From the human T2T-CHM13v2.0 reference genome, Homo sapiens: a stretch of DNA of 64,000 nt. Below, one piece after another: positions 53,267 through 64,000 of the stretch. Each line of letters begins with the position of its first letter. The stretch's first letter is position 1. The stretch lies in the NCBI RefSeq assembly GCF_009914755.1, contig NC_060939.1, one strand, 5' to 3'. Below the pieces are notes generated by a model. It did no database searches. It was not told the DNA's origin and was given only the letters and a program-made list of their open reading frames with translations. Made by a program: the position numbers and the translations under genes.

Positions 53267-54959
53267 CAAAAGGGCTGGGAAACCTCTGTTCTACCAGCTG
53301 AAAAGACTTCCAAGCCCCCATAACTTGGCAAACAGGCTTCGGATTGTGGCCGTCCCACATTGCTGGCAGAGTGGGCTGAGGTTGAGTCAAAGGAGAAAAG
53401 TTATTGGCACTCTGGAAAAGATTTTGTGGACTCAGAGATGTAGTGTCTGTTATATATAACTAGGGAACCAATATAATTAAGGAAAACCTCACATTTTTGT
53501 CTGTCCCTCTTGATGTAAGCATATTTGCCCTCTGAATTCATGCCCATGGGTAGTAAGCATCTTTTGGGTAATTTAATACTTGGAAGTATTTCATGACATA
53601 GAGATTTGTGAAATACTTCTCCTACACAAAACCCCAAGTGAAATCTTATGCAGATAAAATAATTCAATGACCTATGCTGTGACAAAGACCATCACTGCCC
53701 ACACTGGAAACTGTTCCAGCTGTTTCTCTTGGTCTGAATTGGCTTCAGGTAGACAGAGCCTAAGATAAAATGGCAGTGCTGAGAATATTGGTCTTTCAGG
53801 CTCTTGATCTTCTATTTCAGGGCTCTTTTCCAACCTAGGAGAAGTGTCCCTTTTTCTAACCTCTATCAATCCTGGAACAGCTCTTATCTTTTACTATGAA
53901 TACATTTGGGGTCAGAAATCTTTTCCTTTGTGTTGTAATTTCAGTCTTCTAAGTATGGAAATGAAAGGCCTTATTTGCTATTAAGTTCAGTCATCAGAAA
54001 ACAGGTGAGAGCATATTTGGTTTCTCTTGAACCTCACCATTCCTGCTATGGGGGCCAGCCCCGAGAGGGAGCTACGTTTAGTCATTTAAGAGACTTTAGG
54101 GTCACTTGTTATTTGGGATAGAAAGGTAGAGAGGAGGGGCTCTCTCTCGCTCCCCTCCAGGGTCTGCTACCTTACCTGGTCGTCCATCCTGGGGCTGCCA
54201 GGAGCTTATTCCAGGTAGTGCTTGAGACCACACAGACTCCCTGCCAAGGAACCTGCATCCCATGTCCTTCGTGCTCTTTTAGGCGTCCCTAGCTCATCTC
54301 TAATCTCTATTTCTTTTTCTCCAGCACTCTTCCAAGGGCCTCAGAGTCCATTTTCATTGTGCTTCTTCCTCCCCAGGGCCACCTGGCCAGTTGCAGCCTC
54401 CCCACTCCCCACCCACGCAAACTTCTTTATGGCGGTCATAGGGCTGTTACCCAGCAGTGACGTTATCCACAGGTGCAGGGGCCAGAGCTCCTACAGCTTT
54501 TGGCCTTCTAGCACCTAGACGCCAAAGTGAAGAGCAACAAGAGGACCACTTTACAGTGCAAGGCACAGGCAGGGTCTCAGGTGAGAGCAACTGCAGAGAA
54601 ATTGGGCCTCGCACCAGGGAGATTGGGAATGGGAGCCAGGTCATCAGCAGCCATCAGGCTATGGTTGTGCACACACATGTGCGGGTGTGGGGAGGAATTC
54701 CACCCTGAGTGGAACAGGACACCAGAGAAAACTGTTGGCAATAATTCTAGAACTTGGAATACCTAACAGAGACAAAAGAAAAACCTAAAAGCCTCCTTTT
54801 GGCTAGGAAAACACTACCAATTACACTGTTTATAGTCTTCCCCCACTCACCACTTATTCTATTAAGTATAAAATATATTAGAATTTGCTTATCAGAAGTG
54901 ATGTTTGATAATTCAATCAGCTTTCTTAGTGTGCTGCACGTGTAACAGGGTCTCCTCAC

Positions 54960-55410
54960 GGGCTACTGATTATTTGCTGATAACCTCCATATCTCTACCC
55001 ACCTTTAGATCCACAGCCGCCTGCCGGCAGCCTCCCTTCTGATGTCTCCATGATCCTATTTCCGTTTCAGTGGCGGCACCAGCTTTCATCCAGCTGGCCC
55101 AGTTAGAGACTTAGGTGTGGGCCTACACTCCTGTCTGTGCCCTTCCTGCCCTTCCCTCTCCAAAAACAAGGGCAGTTCAGCCTCCCTACATCTCTGCATC
55201 CCAGCTTCTCCAGGCTGACTTCAGACCGCCACCATCTCTCCCCTGTGTCACTGGAATGCTCGCCAAACTAAGGCCGGCTCCCGGTCTTACTGCCCCTGGA
55301 GAGAAAGAATGAGCTTTCTGAAGTGCACATCCCATCATCCCACCCTTTGGCATGTAACTTTTGAATAGTTCCCCTATTGTTGACAGGATACAGATCAGAT
55401 TACTTTCACT
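54960..55410 (+). mobile_element. L2 fragment
   Basis: gctgataacctccatatctctacc...atccacagccgcctgc...ccatctctcccctg...gagctttctgaagtgcacatc. Confidence 0.55.
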
Positions 55411-55784
55411 GTCAAATCCCTACTATTTCTCTCAATACAATCTGCTGTTTCACCCATTGAGAGTAACTCATAATGGCCTCTGATGATCCCTTGTTTAATT
55501 TCACTCTTTCTTTTTCATGGGCCACACGCACTGCTGAAAATTAGAGGGCTGGTTCCAGTTCAAAGCCTTCAGCTGGGCTGAGCTCCATCTGCAGTCTATT
55601 AGCCCTTCTGATCGCATTTTGTTATTCTCCTTGCACCAGAAAAAACAAACAGATGCCTCTCCCACAGTCTATGCCTTCCCCTCAGTGTCAGAGGTTGGCT
55701 CCCAGGTGACCTCCTGTGACCTCCTCAGCAGTGGCCTTACCCTCCTAGTTGTCCTGTCTCAACACTGCTCGTGATTTCTAGCTG

Positions 55785-55938
55785 TTTTTTTCTTTTTTTT
55801 TTTTTCCTTTTTTAAATTTTTGAGACAAGGTCCCACTACGTTTCCCAGACTGACCTCGAACCTCTGGGCTCAAGCGATCCTCACAGCTTAGCCTCCCAAG
55901 TAGCTGAGACTACTTGGCGTGCTCCACCATGCCCAGCT
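55785..55938 (-). mobile_element. FLAM/FRAM Alu monomer
   Basis: ctcgaacctctgggctcaagcgatcctc...gcctcccaagtagctgagactac. Confidence 0.8.
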
Positions 55939-56528
55939 ACCGGCTGTTTCTTTCTGATAAACCACCCAGGTGCCAATGTGCCTCCTCTGTTCTGGTGATG
56001 ATCTTTCAAGGTGCTAGATCCAGCACTTCATACTGGAAGCTGCTTCCCAGCTCTTCCCACATGTTTGCTCCTGCCCACAGCTTCCATGACCTTCAGTAGG
56101 GAACACCTTCAGTATTGTGGGGACCACCTCAGTACTGGGTGGGCGACTTTCAGCAAAATTCCTGCCTCTATAGGAGCTACAGTGGCACACTCAGGTATGA
56201 CTTGGGGGCTTAGCCCACCTCTACATAATCCGCATCAGCCTCTCACCCGAGCCCCCCCTAGTAAACATATAACCTAAGTGAAACTCATGTGCTTACAGTG
56301 GAAACACAGCTCCTCCTCAAACCAGACCACCATCCTTAAGCTCCTGAGTGGAAATTATATTTTTTTATTTTTGGTGTAGGCATTTTAATCTGGCGGTGCA
56401 CATGTATTTTCTAAACATTCTACAATTTGTACATGTTCTATTTAAAATAAAACAGAATAAGTGATTTTAAAATTTAAAGAGGTGAAAGAAACTGTAAGAA
56501 AACAGATGCTTTAAATGAGGTGGTTTCA

Positions 56529-56835
56529 GCTGGGTGCGGTGGCTCACGGCTATAATCCCAACACTTTGGGAGATTGAGTTGGGTGGATAACTTGAGGTCA
56601 GGAGTTTGAGACCTGCTTGGCAAACGTGGTGAAACCCTGTCTCTACTAAAAATACAAAAATTAGCGGGCGTGGTGGCGGGTACCTGTAATCCCAGCTACT
56701 CGGGAGGCTGAGACACAAGAATCACTTGAACCTGGTGGGGCGGGGGGCAGAGGTTGCAGTGAGCTAAGATCGCGCCACTGCACTCCAGCCTGGACGACAG
56801 AGTGAGACTCCATCTCAAAAAAAAAAAAAAAAAAA
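56529..56835 (+). mobile_element. AluSz/Sx-like
   Basis: Dimeric; TSD aggtggtttca. Confidence 0.93.
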
Positions 56836-57009
56836 GGTGGTTTCAAAAGAAGGCATAGATTTTTTCAAAAAAGTTAACAATTAAATACATGCCAGAGTAC
56901 TGCACAAACTTTTGGAGAACAGAAGACATGCAAAAGTACTTCCAGTCTTCAACATAAAATAAGTCCGAGCATTGCTTTGTATGTTTGTTGGCTATTTGTA
57001 TATTTTCTT

Positions 57010-57612
57010 GTTTTTTTGCTTCAGCTTTTAAGTTCCATGGTACATGTGCAGGAAGTGCAGGTTTGTTACATAGGTAAACGTGTGCCATGGTGGTTTGTTA
57101 CACAGATCAACCCATCATCTAGGTATTAAGCCCAGCATCCATTAGCTGTTCTTGATGCTCTCCCTACCCCCCGCCCCCACTGACAGGACCCATATGTGTT
57201 TTCCCCTCCATGTGTCTGTGGGTTCTCATCATTTAGCTTCCACTTATAGGTGAGAACATGTGGTGTTTGGTTTTCTGTTCCTCATTAGTTTGCTGAGGAT
57301 AATGGCTTCCAGCTCCATCCATTGCAAAGGACATGATCTAGTTCCTTTTTATGGCTGCATAGTATTCCATGGTGTATACATACCACATTTTTCTTATCCA
57401 GTCTATCACTGATGGGCATTTGGGTTGATTCCATGTCTTTGTTATTGTGAATAGTGTTGCAATGAACATACGCTGGAATGTATCTTTATAACAGAATGAT
57501 TTATATTCCTTTTGGTATATATCCAATAATGGGATTGCTGGGTCAAATGGTATTTCTGCTTCTAGGTCTCTGAGGAATCACCACACTGTCTTCCACAATG
57601 GATGAAATAATT
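57010..57612 (-). mobile_element. Older L1PA (about PA8-PA13) 3' end
   Basis: gtacatgtgcaggaagtgcaggtttgttacataggtaaacgtgtgccatggtggtttg...ccacactgtcttccacaatgg. Confidence 0.9.
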
Positions 57613-57826
57613 TCTAAGTGTAAATTTTAAATTTCAAAACGTGACTGTCTAGATTAGAATGTTGTTTGAATTTCAACATTTGGCTTTCCTGGAAGAACTT
57701 CTTCCTAGTCTCTGGGGTTCCCTGGAGGAAGAAAAATAATTTAGCAACATCGCTAGGTGAGCCACTTGTAGCTGCCTCTCAATTCCTTTATGTTGTGTGG
57801 AAGTTTGTCGTTAGGCCCATGGATTC

Positions 57827-58424
<598 letters not shown>

Positions 58425-59816
58425 GACTAATCCTAAGATATTGTAGGCTCAACTGTGTCTTAATGTGCCTTCCAAAGGCTTGCAGTACGTGCTGAGTGTA
58501 ACTCCCTTCCCCTACCTTGTCAATGCCTATATTAGTAATTAGAGGTCTTGACAATAAATCCCAAATTCCATTTCACAATGTCCCCAGATGGAGATAGGGC
58601 AAGTACATAAATTGAGCCCCTGGGGGAACCACAGATATTCCAGAGTCCTAGTAGTGGCTGAGTTAATAGAGCTTTCTTTTTTCTCTTCGTACACTTCTTT
58701 TGAAGGGGCAGACAGGGATAAAACATTGCACAATTCCTCATAAAACCACACACCATCACCATCTATTCACAAGCATGACCCCATTCCAACAAACAGCAAT
58801 ACTAAAAAAGCGAACCTATTTGGCTGCCATCCATCAATCACTGAGAACTTAGTTATCCCTTCGGAGGGCTAAACATAGAATATTTCACTGTCATCAAGTC
58901 TGGAAGAATATTTATGCTACACTTGGACTTATGCCCAGTGACTGGGTATTAACAAAGTCATTAATCTGGATAGTGTTTTCAAGTCCAACATCAGTGAAAA
59001 TCCTGTTTGTTTAAACTGAGATTATCTTAGTTCACTGTGCTCATTACCTCCTATTAGTTTGAGAAAATATGCTTGAATTTCTCATTTATAAAATATTCTT
59101 GTTACAGAAAAACAACTTTTAAGAAGGCATGATGTTTGCCTTTATAATAATTGATTATTTTTCAGAAGAGAACTTAAGTCAGGACCTAAATAATGAATAG
59201 AGTATAACTCATGAGCCTATAGTTATGGCTTTAATCTTTGGTTAATTTCACCAGGAGAAAAAACTTTGTTCCAGGGTCATGTGATTGCACAGGAACTTTC
59301 ATTTACTTGGGCGTTTGGAGGCCCTCCCTTGCACATCTCTCCAGAGATTTAAAGCAGTTCTAAACACATCTGCAGAGAATGTTCAGCAGCTCTGGGCTGT
59401 GAACTGCTTTCTTCCCATCATGGCTGTAGTCTGATTTGGACCCACCTTATAATCCTGACCATGATTTCACTGGAAAGACACCAACCTTCCCAATAAAAGG
59501 AGCAATTATGGCTTTTCATTTCTGCTTGTATAAGAAGCAAGATTGTAAGGATGAGTTGAATATAATTTCAGGCCAATGCAACCTTCTGGTATTGAGAAAA
59601 ATATGAATTGATGGCTCATCTGAGAGTAGTGACTTGTGAATTTATAGCTGCTGAAGAGGAATCTTACCGGCTGTTGTTAGCATTAGTTTATTTAGCTGGC
59701 CTTTCATTGACAAAGAGTGGAAAAATGAACGCACATTATAAAATTAGATATACATAAGTGTTTTTCAAGGTGAACCTCCATAATCTTTAACTTTTCTATC
59801 CTTAGCCTTTATGTTG

Positions 59817-60740
<924 letters not shown>

Positions 60741-60799
60741 ATCTTGGTAATTTGTTGGATTCCATAGCTTTTCTTTGTTGTGGTTCATAAATCCACTGA

Positions 60800-60945
60800 G
60801 TTTACAAGCTGTGTGGCCTTAGGTGTATTACTTGTCCTTGAGCCTATAAAACCTGTCTCACTGAGTTTTTATGAAGATTAAATGAGATCCACATAAAGTG
60901 TTTACTGCAGAATCCAGCACTCAGCAGGATCTCAATCAAGCTCCC
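60800..60945 (+). mobile_element. MIR fragment
   Basis: agctgtgtggccttagg...tgaagattaaatgagat. Confidence 0.6.
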
Positions 60946-61074
60946 TCTCTGCTTGAATATTTACGTAGTCCCCAATGTCCACCTAACTACAGAGCTCCTG
61001 CACATTATTGCAGTTCCAGGCACACCATGCTCCTAAATGGATTCTATACACAAACAGTACTTTTAAGCTCAAAT

Positions 61075-61630
61075 TCGTCAAATATTTGCATTGGGAAATG
61101 AACATATGAAAAAGATGGATACATAATTGTCTTTGTCCTCAAACTGCCCAGAAGTCTGTAGGACAGAATTATGTAAACAAAGAATTGTAATGCAGTGTCA
61201 TCCGCACTAGTATATACCAACTGCTGAGGCCACAGCACCGTTCCACTGTGTCCAGAAAGTGGAGTGACTTACCAAGTAGACATGAGAAGTGAAAGCATTC
61301 AGGTGGCACCGGAGTCTGCAGTGATTAGGGGCTGGAAGGACTCTGATTTGGAGGGGAACCAAGGGCACCTGAGTGAGGTATGATGGAAGGTGGAATTGAG
61401 ACCTTAGGCTGAGGATGGACTGCATTCCATGCGAACCTCCATGCTAACGGGTTTGTGCTTCATGCTTTTGGCTCTGGGGAGCTCTCAGGTTTTTTGGCGG
61501 TACAGTAACCTGATCAAATCTGTGTGCTAAAAAGGAAACACTGATTGTGATGGAGGGACTGCATAGGATGCATTGCAGGGGAAGAGATGAGCGGAACAGA
61601 AAGAGGAGGCTAGTGTGATAGGCTTTAACT
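61075..61630 (-). mobile_element. L2 fragment
   Basis: ttgtcctcaaactgcccagaagtctgt...gagaccttaggctgaggatgga...gatcaaatctgtgtgct. Confidence 0.5.
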
Positions 61631-62377
61631 TTCAAGGAAAAAGACAAAAATCTACTAAGTCTCTTTCTTCATAATGAGGTACTGACATTCTAATACCTTA
61701 GTTTAATATCATTTATAAAATAAATGTCTGCCGTGATGGACAGCAAAGCAAGGACTTCTTGTACAGGTGGGGCATGCTGTGGGCTAGCTGCTGCCCGAGT
61801 TGGCTAGAACAGGAAACGTGGAAGCAGAGGGCCATGGCCTAGGTCCCCAAAATTAAAAGCTATGGCCTGGATTATGGCAGAAACAGGGGGCTGGAACAGC
61901 ACCTTCCCAGGCTGGCTTGAGTGGGTGGGAGTGGATTCCCTTCTAACTGGGAAACTAATTCTCATGCCTGAGAGGAAGGAGGAAAAGACACTTCGTTCTG
62001 AATTAACACTCCGAACTCTTTTTCTCATAGAAATGATGTTGTAAATAGTGGTTGGCTACAAGAATGGCTTCTTTGATGAGCAGCAAGGTGCCTGAAATCC
62101 AGTCCATTTTTAGCTATTATTTTTATCTTCTGGCTATTTCACTAACAACCAGACTTATGCAATACGACCTTTTTGTAAAGTGGAAATTAATTATCTGTGG
62201 TTGAGAGTTTATAATCATGTTAGTTCATCAGGTAATAAGTTTAGGATTGCACTGAAAATTTAACGTGCTGCTGTGAGGAACTAGACCAGAAGACATCACC
62301 CAGCATACTGACTTGGAAACACTCCTATTTTATAATGAACCACAGTTTTGTTTTGTTTTTTAAAATCAGAATAGAAC

Positions 62378-62383
62378 TTTATT
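62378..62383 (-). terminator. Candidate polyadenylation signal AATAAA
   Basis: Minus strand ccacaAATAAAgttctattctgattttaaaaaa; cleavage predicted near 62360. Confidence 0.45.
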
Positions 62384-63369
62384 TGTGGATTCAAGATTTT
62401 AAAAAATGATTTTACACTTTAAAGTGTGCAATAAATTTTGATACATCAATCTTGATATATATATTTACTGTGTCAGAAGATTTTAAAAAGTCAAATAGTT
62501 TATAATCAAAATGAATTGTGTTTAACTTGATACTTATATGGAATAACTTCAGCATTATAAATAAAAACCCAAAACAAACACCATTTAAATTTGAGTTCTG
62601 ATGAAATGCATTTGTAATACAATTTTGTTAAAAATTTTTAATAAGAGATTGTAGGCTAAAGTTATATGCTTGTAATTTCTAGAAACATATGATGTCCTTG
62701 CTTTATGAAAATGATCCTACTGACTGTCCCGCAGTAGAATGCATTTGAGACACTTTTCTATCTGGGATAAGGGGCTGTGTTGCTTGATACATGTTTCTTC
62801 CAGACCACGAGCCCCTAGTGGGAGATGAAGGGGATGAAGGTCTGCAGCTGGGGACTGGTGGCAGTTGAGTCTGGTCTCATTTAACATCATGTTCTATGAG
62901 TCACAGAATCATCCAAATGAGTATCAGCCAGATACAAAGAAAGCTTTGTATTTTCTCATGCTTAGATAGTTCACAAACATAATATTTAAATAATTGTGGC
63001 AAAATCCTGTTTTAACAAAAATAATTTTCACATTCCATTCTACATAATGAGGACATTTCCAAAATGCATTGGCCCACATTACTATTACTTTGCTGATATG
63101 AAGAAAATGAATTATGATGGTAAGATCCATATACAGATATACACATGTGTATCCATATTATTTATATATTTAATATCAGAAATGTTCCTACTTCCTTGTC
63201 TCTTAGAAGTCACTTTACTTTTAAATGATTCTTTGGGAGTGTGGTCAATTTGCACACCTGACTTGACACAATCTGACGGTCAGCACAAAGCACCTTCTGA
63301 TTGTATAACACTTTACAAAGTACTTTTTGCTTTCTCATCTGTCTGGAACTTCTGACAATCTGGCATGAC

Positions 63370-63485
63370 AATGAGGGTGGGCATGATTACTCTCATTTGA
63401 CAGATGAAGAAATATGAATCCAGAGAGGTTAAGTAAGCTGCTTCAGTTCACATGGCTGGTGAGATATCAAACCAGGACTATACCT
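63370..63485 (-). mobile_element. MIR within the putative 3'UTR
   Basis: ctcatttgacagatgaagaaatatgaatccagagaggttaagtaagctgc. Confidence 0.75.
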
Positions 63486-64000
63486 GGTGCTCATCCTTGA
63501 CTGCTGGTTGACAATGGTGAAGACAAAACGCAGGGTACATTAATCTGTGAATTGCTTCCCCTAAACCATGCTGATGCTGTGGTGTTTGGAAAGTAGAAAG
63601 TGGTTTTGCTACTGTCACATTTCAGATTTCTATCAGGTGCTAATGAGTACTCATCATGTTATACCCCAACAAACTTAAACCAAGAACCAGAGGTACTTTT
63701 TACAGTTCTCACAGGGTGTGTATATATATATATTTAAGAAGATTCGTAACATATATTTACAATTATTCCTAAATCACCAAGATACCATACTGAGAAATAG
63801 GTTTAATCTTTTTAAGAGCATTTTCTATATAATCATTCCAATATAAGGATGAAACAATATAAGTATGAAATATAAATACAGTCTTGGCACACTTTATCTT
63901 TGCAGGTGTGCTGGAACCTAGAACACTTTCCCTTTTGCCTTATTCTGCTTACGCCTACTTTTGATTGTTTTACAAATTCATAGACACATTTGCAAGTTCC

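Larger units (their letters stand above)
62360..64000 (-). other. Probable distal 3'UTR of an unidentified minus-strand gene (CDS outside the window)
   Basis: Repeat-poor, AT-rich, U-rich on minus; minus-strand AATAAA (tttatt 62378-62383) with TGTGGTT/GTGTTT downstream; TGTAAATA Pumilio motif at 63754-63761. Confidence 0.5.

Noticed and set aside
55400-56440. Possible old ERVL LTR and hAT fragments
   Set aside because: Similarity too vague to name or bound without an HMM search.
62360-64000. Assigning a gene symbol to the putative 3'UTR
   Set aside because: No coding sequence in the window and I do not recognise the UTR with confidence.

Overview
Primate (very probably human) non-coding euchromatic DNA. 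About 55 Alu/FAM/FRAM/FLAM elements (roughly a quarter of the window, many nested) sit among a 2.9 kb 5'-truncated L1PA with a decayed ORF2, older L1/HAL1, L2, L3 and MIR relics, MaLR/ERVL LTRs (THE1, MST, MLT1, MLT2) and DNA-transposon fossils (MER6, MER8/Tigger2-like, MER33). I find no supportable host protein-coding exon, CpG-island promoter, tRNA, rRNA or CRISPR array; nearly all ORFs in the track are Alu, L1, THE1 or low-complexity artefacts. The last ~1.6 kb looks like the distal 3'UTR of an unidentified minus-strand gene. I cannot support a genuinely new biological system here. The best leads are smaller: an L1-retroposed ~70-nt polyadenylated LTR fragment with a 17-bp TSD, a THE1 provirus that lost its 3' LTR but kept its TSD and carries a chimeric 235-codon ORF, trimeric Alus with a young arm spliced into an old linker, serial same-site Alu insertions, templated duplication+hairpin scars, several compact candidate enhancers (nuclear-receptor array, endoderm-type, muscle-type), a convergent CTCF motif pair, and candidate exons of a plus-strand non-coding transcript. 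Repeat subfamily names come from recalled consensus sequences, and boundaries of old repeats are approximate.
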